NCBI RefSeq assembly: GCF_009834535.1
Contig: NC_045697.1
Span: forward strand, 86,058,001-86,122,000
DNA from: Camelus ferus
Lineage: Eukaryota
Direction of reading: 5' to 3'
DNA: 64,000 nt
Both the position numbers and the translations under genes were made by a program. This document shows, in pieces, positions 12,962 to 25,559 of this stretch (position 1 is the first letter of the stretch; each line of letters begins with the position of its first letter). Below the pieces are notes generated by a model. It saw only the letters and a list, made by a program, of their open reading frames with translations. It was not told where the DNA came from and did no database searches.

Positions 12962-13537
12962 TGTTGCAGAAAAACGTGTTACAGCTGGGTGTTACAGCTC
13001 AGTTGTGACAGCAACCTGGATCCGGGCGAGAGACCAAGCAGCACTCAGAGAGTTGAAGAACTCAGGTTTATTACACCAGCAGGCCCAGAGAAGTCAACAT
13101 TCCAAGCTCTGGACCCCGTCTGTAGGTTTACACAGGCTTTTATAGGCTGCCAGTTTACACTTTGCAACATCATATACAAATAAGGTATAACCAAAGTTAA
13201 CTAATTAGGAACAAGCTTTGTAGAAATGGACCAATCAGGAGGGAGAGAAATAACCAATCAGGAGTGAGCCCCATGCAAATGAAAGAAATACTACAAATGG
13301 ACCAATCAGGAGTGAGGGAAATGGACCAATCAGGAGTGAACGAAATAACCAATCAGGAGTGAGTTCAGGGAACCAACAGAATTTTTAGGGATAGGTTTCA
13401 CTTTCCTAGAAGTAAGCCATTTCAGAGGCAAAAAGTGAGATAGAGCCTCTGGGCCAGGGAACCAGATGGTGCTGGCAGGAGAGTAGTGGCCCTGCCTGGG
13501 GGTCCTGCTGGTCTTTTTTATGGGGCTTTCCACCTCA
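12962..13537 (-). mobile_element. ERV solo LTR (576 bp), probably ERV1 class
   Basis: TG...CA termini, 4-bp flanks ATAC/ATAT. On the minus strand a CCAAT-repeat U3 is followed by TATAAAA (about 13118-13124) and AATAAA (13067-13072). Confidence 0.75.
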
Positions 13538-16359
13538 ATATGTCATATTAGAAGACCCGTTGTCATAAATACTAGTTGGATTCTATAACAGAAACTCCTG
13601 GTGAGAGACTAACACCTCCACTAGGAAATGTACCTGGATATTCCTTTTGTAATCACCACCATACACCAGCCAACAAATGACTGCTCACCCAAGCCTGCCT
13701 TTGATTTTTGCATAAGCGGTGAATCAATCCAACGAACCTTCTAACCCTTCCCATGGAAATCATTACTTCAGACTAAAGGCTGTTGGCTGGGGACAGGCAA
13801 AGCTTCTGTGTATTGATTCACTCATATGTCTTTTTTGGCTTAATGGATCTAACCACCTAAACACCAAGATGATCAGCGTCCTAGAAATAGCAACCTTTAA
13901 AGCACCTTTTCAAGAATTCAAAAGTTATGAATTATATAAATAAATAAATAAGCCTAATTATCTCCCCCCCATATTAATTAATCAATTTAACAAATTTTAA
14001 AGTTCTGGATTATAAATTCATCAATAAAGAGATTGTCCTATCATTTTCTATGACCTGTGAAACATTGTAAAAAGAGAATGTTCCGGGTGTCTGTAAAACT
14101 GGGGGAGCTAGGATATTGATACCATCATGTTTCTTTTGCTCCATTGTGGGTAATGTTGGATGAACTAAGTGATGCGATTACAGTGATTACTCGATAATGA
14201 AAGTGAAGCTTTGTGACATTGGAAGAAAATGCATCTTCCTTGTCGGCTGTTGCACACCTGGCTCTCCTGTGTGCCCTTCCTAATCATGATCTCTTCATGC
14301 GCTGTATGGCTGAGCTGGTGGGCTGTGCCTGTCACTAGACACACCAAGAATTTTGCTCCTCCACCCACCCCAGCTGGTGGTTGAGCTGTTTCTCACCTAT
14401 AAGAAGAAACAACAAACACACAACTCATTATACAAAACTCAGCACCTGCTACCTACATATTTTTTGATTCTTCATATTTTCTTCTACTTTGTATATTTCA
14501 TCAGGTGGAAAATAAAGTCTGTTGCAAGAGGAAAACAGCCATTGTTCGGTTTCATCGTTTTGCTGATGTCTTAGCTGTACTTGCCAGTATGATTTTTCTT
14601 CCTCCATCTCCAAATGTCTTTAGCTTTTTTGTTGTTGTGGAAAGAACACTATTGGGAAACTTAAAAGGCTTGGGTTCTAAACATCCCAAACTAGCATAAC
14701 CCTGAAACATTGGACTTGTGTTTAATTGCTCTATTCTTCCGCTTCCTAAAGTAGGAGATTGAACATAATTATCTTCATGTCCCTTCTGGTTCGACAATTC
14801 AAATGATTTATCATTTTTACTGCCAAAACCAGGGATGGTGGAAGAGTGAGATTATCTGGGTGAATTACTCCCAGCTGCCATGATGATGGGGTAGGCTTGG
14901 AACCCAGGGCGCCTTCTTTCAGGAAAGCAATTTGCTCCGGGAAGGACCTCTGACACATGAACAGAATAGTGTAGTGAACCGCTGCTCATTCCCTACTCCA
15001 AGCCATGACATTTTTCCTCTTAACTTTAATGAAGCAGAGTTTTTCCATGTTTTTAACCTACTTACCAGTGGCTCCCAGACGCAAACACTTTTTCACTATT
15101 TGCAAACCACGAAGTAGGACTCAGTACAATATGGGTTCCTTTAAAAGAGGAAATCATGCCACAGAATGTGACTGAACAACAGAGCACTTACTGAAGGAAG
15201 AATTTAGACCACAGAGCAAACAAATATGCACTGGACATTGCTGTTGCTCCCAAAGGCCCTGGTTGGCTCTTTTGGGCAACTTCAGGTGTTGCACTCTGTT
15301 TAACCCTTTCTTCCCCAATAAATTTATGATTTTCCCTCCTTTGCTCAGACACCTGAGCACCAGCCTGAGCTAGCTTCTACCTGTAGGTTTATCAAATTCC
15401 CTTTAACTAAAATGGATCCTGCACATAAAGAATTCTCCTGTCAGCTGCCAAGAAGATATATTCCCCCTGAATATTACCATAACTCTTCAACCTCTCTGAT
15501 CAAGCCCAAATCATTTCCAGATAAGAGAGATTGTGAGAGAAAGACTACCGTGTTAAAAATACCTCCCAGGTGGGCTGCTGCCGACCAGACTTCAGGCCAG
15601 TACGACTGCACGTTGTTTTTATTCTCTGCCAGATTAGAGTGAATAAACCTCCATGGTACAGATAAAGCTTCTGACACCCCCACCACCCTAAGAAAAAGGC
15701 TTTTATTACTTTTCATCTAATTTTGAACAAAAGTTGATCTCATCTTTAAATTATTTAATACTAGGGTATTAAGTGTTTTTGTTATCAAGCAGTTGACAGC
15801 CCATTATTTTATATCTTTTTTAACATTGTCATAATCATTTCACAACATATTATAAAGCTAGTGTATTCGGTGTGCTATTTGGTATTCACGCTTTTCTAGT
15901 GAGGTTAACTCTGCCAAGGAAACAATGTGACAGCACTTGCTCTCAACTTTAACTCAGGCAGAATATTAATCAAAAGGACAATTGTTTGCCCATCAAACCA
16001 TTGATAATCATGTTTGTAAAACAATTCATGCATAATGGCAGTGTGCCTCTAAAACTAGTGTACACACTGTGATTTTTTTTAAATACCATGAAATTAAACT
16101 GAAATAAGCCTTGCAAAGATGTCAAAATTATACTCTCTAGTCACTGAAATATATTAAGGGATAAAATAATCCTAGATTTTAAAAAAGTGAACTATTGAAT
16201 GAAAAACAGTATTTCTCTAAAGCTTTTCTAAAGGAAAGTAAATGCACAAATTGTTTAAACTCATCACTGTAGATACCACTTTGGCAAAATTTAATACTTA
16301 TTAATTTGTATATCTAGCATGTTTTAAAAGTAGATAGAATAAGCATCACTTCATAGTTA

Positions 16360-16590
16360 AGTACGGTGATTAAGACCGTGGGTTCTAGAGCCAGGCCGCT
16401 TGAATTAATAACTCAGCTTCCCACCTAACCAGCACGTGACCTCAACTCTGTGACGTAACTGCCTTATCTCTACAACAGAAGCAACGACAATATCCTCAAC
16501 ATTGGGTGGTTGTGAAGATTGAATGGATTAATACATAAAAAGAGCCTAGAACACTGCCCAGAACATGGTAAGTGCCCAATAAAAGTTTAT
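16360..16590 (+). mobile_element. MIR SINE
   Basis: gggttctagagccagg...ggttgtgaagattgaatgg...ctgcccagaacatggtaagtgcccaataaa. Confidence 0.6.
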
Positions 16591-17094
16591 TATTATTTCA
16601 CAAGTCAGGATATTAACACAGCAAGGGCAGTGCTGATCTGCGATTACATAAACCAGCTCTTCATGTAACTCATTACGTAATGATTCATTGCCTACCTCAC
16701 TAATCACATCTACCATTCTCCAGATCATGTTTCTGCTATTACATTTATAATAAGTTTTTTATGTGTAAATTTTTGATACATCCAGAATTTAATTTTTGAT
16801 GAAGTGTAAGGTAGGGAACAGCCTTATTTTTCCCATATGACTACCCTGTTTTCCAAAACCATTTGTTCAAGGAGTAACCCATCTCTCCTGCTACTTGTCT
16901 CTGTCATTCTCCCATGACCTGAGACCAGAGGTCTTCACACTAGGTTTCAGATACGCCTGAGGCTGCATGAAGACTTACTAAAGGGCACATGAGCAAGATT
17001 AGTTTCATGGTTATGTACAGATCTTCAACTTCCATGTACTTTTTTTGCCTAAGAAGATGCCTGTCACCAAGGGTCTCTCTCTCCCTCTCTCTTT

Positions 17095-17540
17095 TTAAAA
17101 AATAGACTTTATTTTTTAGAGCAGTTTTAGATACATGGCAAAACTGAGTGGAAAGTACAGTTCCATACACCCTCTGCCCTTACACAGGCACAGCTGTCAG
17201 CATCCTCCAGAGTGCTGCCTTGGTTACAACTGATGAATCTGCACTGACACATCACTGTCTCCTGAAGTCCATGGTTTACATTAGAGTTCACTCTTGGTGT
17301 TGTACATTCTATAGATTTTGACAAAAGTATAATGACAGGTATCTGCCATTATAGTGTCATACAGAATAGTTTCACTGCCCTAGAAATCCTCTGTACTCTG
17401 CCTGTTTATTCCTCTGTCTCCCCTCATTCCTTGGCAACCACTGCTCTCTTCAGTGTCCAGTTTTGCCTTTTCCACAATGTCATATAGTAGGGATCATACA
17501 GCCCGTAGCCTTTTCAGACTGGCTTCTTTCATACATCAAT
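17095..17540 (-). mobile_element. L1MC-like 3' end
   Basis: Minus strand ends aaactgctctaaaaaataaagtctatt. Homologous to 22170-22660 and 39500-39990. Confidence 0.75.
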
Positions 17541-18733
17541 ATGTCAAGGGTCTCTGCATACTCCCCTTTCCAGGTTTCCTCCCATTTTAACAAGGCAGTC
17601 ATATGTCTTACCTGTTCTTAATACTGTACTTTGCCAAATGAACAATCCTTTAAACAGTTCCAAACTTTTATCAAGGCACCATAACACATCCTCCCTTATC
17701 CATCTCATTAAGAGATACACTGCCAATAAATTTTACTTTTCAGGTAACAAGAAACATACCCTTTGTCTGCTGAAAGGCTTCAGTGGCTGTCTCCCTGCTC
17801 TATTAGGCAGCCTAGCAAGGAGCCAGCTCAAAATTAGGGTGATGAGGCTTCTAGCTGACATCAGCCTCACCAAGCGCCAACCAGTTCTCTTTTCTAAGAA
17901 AGTCATCCCACCTCTAGGAAGCCTCTGTTGTTATGTAGTTAAACGTTTCCTGTCCCCTCTCAATGCCCTAGGTGTACAAGTGGGGTCCCAGCCCTAAACA
18001 CCTCTCACTGCAGACAGAGGGCTTGAAGGCTCCTGTGTGCTCTTCTGCTGACTCTTAGATACAGGACTTCCCAATAAACCTCACCTTATGCCTCCTCTGT
18101 GTTTTGTTTGGGGTATTTACTAATGGTCATAAAATTGTTTATCAAAATTCATAATTTATGATGTTCTAATCAAAGGTATATTACTGGGATTTACCATGAT
18201 AAGTCAATCCAAAAGAAATTGTTTTATAGCACGATCATAGGATATATATTTGATGTGAAGAACACGACTAGAATGCTGATAAAAGACTTTCAACATAAAA
18301 GCCTGTGACATTAGAATAAAAACCTACAGGAGAGGTGGACTAGGAATGGAAGTTGAAAGAGAAAAAGAAACAAGGTGAAATTTCTAACTATAGAGAGGAG
18401 CTTGTCTATTACTGTTTTAAATGGATGATGATATGGGTTCAAATCACTGTGGTGCTTATATTCCCACTGAAGAGGGATAAATAGCTTTATTTTCAAATAC
18501 TGATATTTGCAACATGCCGTAAACAACATCCTTTGCTAGTACTTAAATTTATAATGAAAAACTTTAGCTGTCAACTTAAAATATTTTAGGGGAGTACAGT
18601 TTTTCAGAAATATTTTAGGGGGATTGTGATTAAAAAAAATCCTAAAAAGAATCCTAGACTGCTTATTTTCTTATAACCCCTCCACCTCTTCCTCCATCCT
18701 CACACTTGGTTGAATTTATTCAGGTGCCCCTAG

Positions 18734-18735
<2 letters not shown>

Positions 18736-18775
<40 letters not shown>
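18736..18775. repeat. (TG)n microsatellite
   Basis: About 20 perfect TG units. Confidence 0.95.
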
Positions 18776-18777
<2 letters not shown>

Positions 18778-19680
18778 AGAGGTGCCAGGTACAAAGATTA
18801 TGTAATATAAGCCCAACTATCCTAATAGTTGCTCAGTAAATGCTTCTTGAAATCAATTGAACTGAAAATTAAACATTTATAATTTAAAACAAAGGCAAAA
18901 TAGGATGTAAAGATAAGATTCTGTCTCACTGTTTTCATAAATTTGCTGTGATGGTGAATTACAGGTGGTCCGCACTCTGGAGAACATAGTCCCCTTGGCT
19001 TTCTCCTGCCAAATATTCCCTTTTCCCCCACTAATCAACAACTTTTATGAAGGCTTAGACCTTGCTGCTTGATGTGTTTTTTTGTGCATCAGCAGTGTTG
19101 GCATCACCTGGAAGCTGTTTAGAAATTAAGACACTTGGGCCTGACTCCAGGCTTTTGACTCAGCAGCAGCATTTTTACAATATCGACCCTCATTGTCTAG
19201 TCATCTCACGGGCGACAGCCACACCCAGTGAGGTTCCAATTGCTCACTACCTAAATGTGTTCTTGGCTGTTCCATGGCTACCATCATCATTAACGATACT
19301 AATGACATATCTTTAGACCAATTAACAGGGCAGTTTTACATGCATTATCTCATTTGATCCCAGCTACATTCTTCAATTTAGAACAAAGTGCTTTCTGCAA
19401 AGTGCACAAAATCAATTCCAACAATGTGAGGAGACACAAATAGAGCTCCCTGAATTGTTTTCAAAGATGAGCACACTAAGTCCAGAGAGTCATTTGAAAT
19501 TATTTTCAAATTTAATAACATCAGTACTCTTCATTCAACTATATTTTGTTGCTATATTTCAGAATGTTTTTTAAAAAACATAATAAAGTAATGATTTTGG
19601 GGGTGGGTTAGTTTTATTATTTTTATCATAAAAATCTAAATCATTTTGGAAAACCTGTTAATAAAACTATATTGATAGAG

Positions 19681-22662
19681 GAGTTCCAGTCAAGATGGCA
19701 AAGTGGTAGGACCACGAGTTTGCCTCTCCTCACGATTACAACGAAACCACAACTGAATGCTAAACAACCATCGAGAAAAGACTGGAGTCTAGCAAAAAAG
19801 ATCTTCTGCAACTGGAAACATAAAGAGGGAACCACAGCAGGACAGTAGCTCACGATATAATTGGGCCCCATACCCTCCGGGTGGACGACCCAGGAGCTGA
19901 AGATCTGTTAAGTCGCAGAGGCCCGCCCACAGGAGTGAGAGCTCTAAGCCCCACGTCAGGCTCCCCAGCTTGGGTACCAGCTTTGGGAAGAGAATGAGAC
20001 CCCAGGACATCTGGTTTTGAAGGCCAGGGGGAGCTTAGCTCTGGGAGCCTCATGGGAATAGGGGAAACGGAGACTCCATTCACTTGAGAAGCATACACAG
20101 AAACTGATGTGCACCAGGTCCAAGGGCAGAGGCAGTGATTTCATAGGAACCTGGGCCAGACCTGCCTGCTGCATTTGGAGGGTCTCCTGGGAACGTGGGG
20201 GACGGCTGCCACTCACTCAGGGGTCATAAAAGTTGGTGGCGGACATTCCAGGAGTGTTAATCTACGTGAGTTTTCCTGGAGGCTGACATCTTGGATTGTT
20301 AGCACCAAGACTGAGCCCCACCCAACAGCCTGTAGGGAAGCCTCAGGCCAAACAACATACAGGGTGGGAACACAGCCACATCCATCAGCAGACTTTCTAA
20401 GCTACAAAGGCCTCTAGACACAGCCCTACCCATCAGAGGTCCAAGACCAAGCTTCACCCAGCAGTGGGCAGGCATTGGCTCCTCCTGCCAGGAAACCTAC
20501 ATAAGCCTCTAGTCCAGCCTCATCCACCAGGGGCAGATACTAGAAATAAGAAAACAATAATCCCAAAGCCTGTGGAAGAATCCACAAACACATAAAAATA
20601 TACATGATATGAGGCAGCAAAGGAATATCTCCCAGGCTAAGCCACAAGATAAAATTCCAGAAGAAATAAGTGATGAGGAGATAGGTAATTTATCTGAGAA
20701 AGAGTTTAAAGTAATGATGGCCAAGATGTTCAGAGAACTCAAGAGGAGTATAGAATCACAGAGTGAAGATTTTAGCAAAGAGTTGGAAAATATAAAGAAT
20801 ACCCAAACACAGTTGAAGAATAAAATCACTGAAATGAACAATACACTAGAAGGAACCAAGAACAGACTAAATGAGGCAGAAGATCGGATCAGTGAGCTAG
20901 AAGACAGATTAGTGGAAATTGCCACTTCAGAACAGAAAAAAGATAAAAGAATAAAAAGGAATGAGAATAGTTTAAAAGAACTCTGGGACAACATGAAGTG
21001 CTCTAATATTCACATTATAGAGGTCCCAGAAAGAGAAGAGAGAAAGGACCTGAGAAAATATTTAGAGAGGTAGTAACTGAAAACTTCCCCAACTTGGGAA
21101 AGGAAATAGTCACTCAAGTTCTGGAAGCTCAGAGAGTACCACACAGAATCAACTCAAAGAAGAACACACCAAGGCACATAGTCATCAAATTGACAACAAT
21201 TAAGGATAAGGAGAAAATATTAAAATTAGCAAGAGAAAAGCAACGAATAACATACAAGGGAACTCCCATAAGGTTATCAGCTGATTTTTCAGCAGAAACT
21301 CTACAGGCCAGAAGGGAGTGGCACGAATACTTAAAGTGATGCAAGGGGGAAACTCACAACCAGGAATACTCTATCCAGCAAGGCTCTCGTTCAGACTTGA
21401 TGGAGAAATCAAAAGCTTCACAGATAAACAAAAGCTAAAAGATTTCAGCACCACCAAACCAGCTTTACAGCAAATGTTAAAGGACTTTCTCTAGTCATCA
21501 AACCACAAGAAAAGAGAACAAAAAGAAGAAAGAGAAAAAGAGAGAGAGACCTACAAAAGATTGTTTCGGCTGTTCAGGGTCTTTCGTGGTTCCTTATAAA
21601 TTTTGGAATTGTTTGTTCTAGTGTTGATGGGGGTTGCATTCAATCTTTGGATTGCTTTGGGTAGTGTGGCAATTTTGATAGTGTTGATTCTTCCAATCCA
21701 AGAGCACAAGAAATCTTTCCATTTCTTTGTGTCACTTCAGTTTTCAGAGTATAGGTAACCTTCTTGGTTAAGTTTATTTCTAGGTATTTTGTTGTTTTTG
21801 ATGTAATGGAAATGTCTCTACCAGTTATAAAATTCTGGTTTTTGAAGTGAAAAAAAAAGTGAATGAAGGGCCGCAAATGGTAAAAATATCCTTTTTTATG
21901 GGTGAGTTGTATTCCACTATATATATATGCTGCATCTCCATTATATATTCAACTATTGATGTGCACTTAGGATGCTTCCATATCTTGGCAATTATAAATA
22001 ATGTTTCTGTTAATAGCAGGGTGTATCTTTTTGAGTTAATTCTTATTTTGTGGTTGGCTTTATTCCTTCGATAACTATGTATGTTTAAAAAGCTAAAGCT
22101 CTAAATGTCCTTAGAAACAATGAACAGTACATATATGTAAATTTAAAAATATATGTGCATTAAAAAAAATGATCTGTCAAGCCATGGAAGACATAGAAGA
22201 AACTTGAAAGACATTACTAAATGGAAGAAGCCAGTTTGAAAAGGCTACAAACTGTACAATTCCAACCAAATAACATTCTGGAAAAGGCACAGCTACAGAA
22301 ACAATAAAAAGATCATGGTTTCTGGTGGTTTGGAGAGAGGGAGGGAGAGAGGAATTAATAGATGGAGCACAAGGAATTTTTAGGGCAATGAAATTATTCT
22401 GTATGATACTGCAGTGGTGGCTACATGTCATTATGCATTTGTCAAAACCCACAGAATGTACAACATCAAGAGTAAACCTTAATGTAAACTATAGACTTTG
22501 GTTGATAATAATGTGCCCCTGTTGGTTCATCGATTGGACCAAATATGCCACACTGATGAGGGATCTTGAGGGTAGGGGAGTATATATGTGTGGGTGGGGA
22601 GAGCTATGTGGGAACTTTAGTTTCTGCTCAATTCTGCTGTAAACCTGAAACTGCTCTAAAAA
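19681..22662 (+). mobile_element. TSD-flanked ORF1-only L1 derivative (HAL1-like composite)
   Basis: TSD aaaactat(a/g)ttgatagag at 19663-19680 and 22663-22680. YY1-type caagatggc at 19691, ~930-bp 5'UTR, ORF1, then a mosaic of older L1 pieces and an A run. Confidence 0.75.
20609..21494 (+). pseudogene. L1 ORF1p, frameshifted
   Basis: ORFs 20609..21073 and 21094..21339 give coiled coil, ELWDNMK..NI, TPRHIVIK and PIRLSADFSAETLQARREW. The C-terminus ...QQMLKDFL ends at TAG 21492-21494. Frameshifts near 21040 and 21325. Confidence 0.88.
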
Positions 22663-22754
22663 AAAACTATGTTGATAGAGATCAAACAGCTTGTCCGAGA
22701 GTCACAATCAAAGAACACATAAAAGGCATCTAATAAATCAACAAAAGGGTTTTA

Positions 22755-22875
22755 TTACTTTGTAAAGAAGTCATCTTTTAATCTTTTTTTCTAATGGCAG
22801 TACTAGGAATTGAACCAAGGACCTCACGCACACAGCCAAGCAGGCACTTCACCACTGAGCTATTACTCTCACCCC
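22755..22875 (-). mobile_element. tRNA-derived SINE (Vic-1-like), TSD-flanked
   Basis: Reverse-complement A and B boxes. 16-bp TSD caacaaaagggtttta at 22739-22754 and 22876-22891. Confidence 0.75.
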
Positions 22876-25559
22876 CAACAAAAGGGTTTTAAAGGTCTGA
22901 CTGCACAGGTAGTATCTCTGGTACTAAGAAATAAAACACTTGGTATTAATTCTCTATCTGTATCATCCACAGTTCACCCTTTATGCGCTAGATAGAATAC
23001 CAAATAATAAAAAATGCATCCCCAAATTAAAGGGATTTTTATTTTCTGCATAAAAAGAGACCAGATTCAGATATCAAAAAAAAAATGGCAGAAAAATTAC
23101 AGGGCAGAACATGGAAAGGAGATTTATAACTTAATATTGTATGTGTCAAACTGATACAAATACACAGAATGAGGTGGGATCAGTAAGATGAAACTGAGAT
23201 AAACATTTATTTTGGGGCTTTCTAGTTGATTTCTTTTGGACCTGTTGCTTGTGATTGGGCTGCCAAGAATGAGGGTCTGCAGGTGAGTGGTTAGAACCAA
23301 AGGCAGAAGGGTCAAACATGCCCACTGCTGAGGAGGGTTTGGGAAATGAGCAGTGAGGAAGATGCCTGCAGAGAGGGGAGGCAGTTCTCCAGGGGAGGTC
23401 AAAATTTTTATTAAGTGAACTACAAATAAGGAACCAATCTACCAAATATTAATATTTCATTCTTCCTACCAGGAGGTTCACTCATTCATATTTAGACATG
23501 TTATTTTCAAGGGATCATATCTGGTAAATTGGACTACTTTGCTTTGGCAAGCCTGGATTCCTGGGGTTCTAACAACATGTCTCCTTGAAACTCAAGAAGC
23601 CCTCTTCTGGACCAGAAGTTATACCAGCGCCTTGCAGTTCTAATGGGTTGCTTCTTGTGCCAAGACTGCCCAGTCATAGAGATGCTGGAGCCCTGCACTG
23701 GTCTCTAAACCTCTCATGTGGAGTCAGAGTGCATCCATGAACAAAGCCCATCTGGAGTCACTGAAGGTTCAATACTAGTATCAGGTACACAGCTCCTCAC
23801 CCACACCAACCTTACCTTATATGTAATTCACCCAGTACAGATTGTGACCCCCTCCCCCTGCCACACAAATATAGAATGGCCACTAACATGTCACATCTCT
23901 GAGGACATCTTCTCCATTGCTTATTACCTACCCCATCCTTGGAAATAGGCTTGTGTTGTTCCCTTTGCCTCTTTGTTCTACCCACCCACCCACAGTCTTT
24001 CTCTTTTGGCAGCTCAAAAGGACCTGGAACTCCTGATGTAACTACCGACGGAACTCTGCTTCGCCAAATCGGGTTCTGACACCATGCTCTGCTGCCAAGG
24101 TTCCTGCCTCGCTCCAGCTGTTCCCCTGTTTCTTTCCCAGCAGTGTGACGCCCACAGTGGGGAGTAGTGGAGAACTCAGCCCCCAGCATTCCTGTTTCTA
24201 TCCCTGGGCTCTGCTGAAAGCTCCCAAGTCCCTGACACAACCATGAGCTACTGTGCACAGGGCTTTCACAGAGTTTGGGCTAATCAAATGAGCAAGTTTG
24301 CTTTGTACTTTGGGACAGAAAGAATCTCATTATCTGGTGTCACAAGTCTTGAGCCAAAACAGACATTCTAGCCTGAGGGGAGTGGCCAGAGTGAAGCCAC
24401 CTACTGCTGGTCCACAGGGCTGCTTTCTAAGAGTTCAGGTAGATGTGAGCCAGACATTTGAGGCTGCCCAGGCATACGTTGCTAGGCAGACCTTGCACCT
24501 GTCCCTGGTTTCTATCTATCTATGCACACACAGCATATCTGTCAAATTAAGGGGGAAAATATCCCACCACTCTAACACATTCACTGGCTTAAGTTTTATG
24601 TAACTCTTTCCACTGCTTATTGACATGGATTTATTTTTACATAAAGTCAATCAACTAGCTCGTAGTTCCTTCAGAACAGAGCTCAAAGTATTGCCATTTA
24701 AAACCACTTCATCAACATATACACTGATCACTTTCTCTGTGAAAAGCAGAGTTTCAAACTGCCTTCTCAAAACCTGATTACCAAAATATTGACTAATCTC
24801 TTGTAGAAAAATAGAATGCAGTGAGCAGCTTGTGAAATACATTTTGGATGGCTAAATATGTTGTGGGTTTTTTTTTTTTTTTTGAATTCTGTAAAATTTC
24901 CCAATTCTGAACAAATTTCTTTATGCATCTTAAATCAATAGCCTGGCTGGATGGTACCTGGTGCTTTGCCTCACCTCAGCTGGTTTGGTATCCTCCATTT
25001 GGTTGTATATGGTGAAAACATTATCTGTCCTTCTTGAGAAGGTTATGAAACTATTTTGAAGGAGGGTGGTTTCATTGAAATTTTATTTAATTTATGCACG
25101 GTTGGCAAAGATTCTGGAAAATAACCTTGTTTAATAGCTTTTTCATAACAAGGATGTATGGCTATTTAAAATAAAATGACATTTTCTAATTTAAAGAGGA
25201 TATTTATTTGTTTATTAAGTCCATCATAATCATGTTAGTGGTACTTTCATACAAAATATGAATAGTGATCTATCTTGTTAGACACAGTGAACACTCACTC
25301 ACATCTCCCCTACCAAAGAGGAAAAAGAATGAAATTTAAAAATGTCTGGCCTTTGGCAAGTTACCCTATTTATTTAAGCATTAAAATCCTCATCTACTCA
25401 GGGTTGCTGGGAAAATGAAATGTGTGGAGGTGGCTTTGAACAGTGCCTGGAGCACGGTAGGAATGGATGCAAAGGTAACTGAAGAATACTTTTGCTGGGT
25501 CACACAATGTAGGCTTGTGGCTCCCAGTAAATATGCCCCTATCTTACTCTTGACGTTCT

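Noticed and set aside
13225..13365. Repeat-spacer array superficially like CRISPR
   Set aside because: Mammalian DNA. The 23-24-bp units have near-identical spacers and sit inside an LTR U3, and there are no cas genes.
14000..16300. Repeat-poor intergenic stretch as a possible conserved enhancer
   Set aside because: Cannot be supported without a cross-species alignment or chromatin data.
21560..21810. Twin-priming inversion as the explanation for the antisense ORF2 piece
   Set aside because: Twin priming inverts the 5' part relative to the tail. Here the 5'UTR/ORF1 and the terminal A run share orientation, and the inverted piece is internal and has its own deletions.
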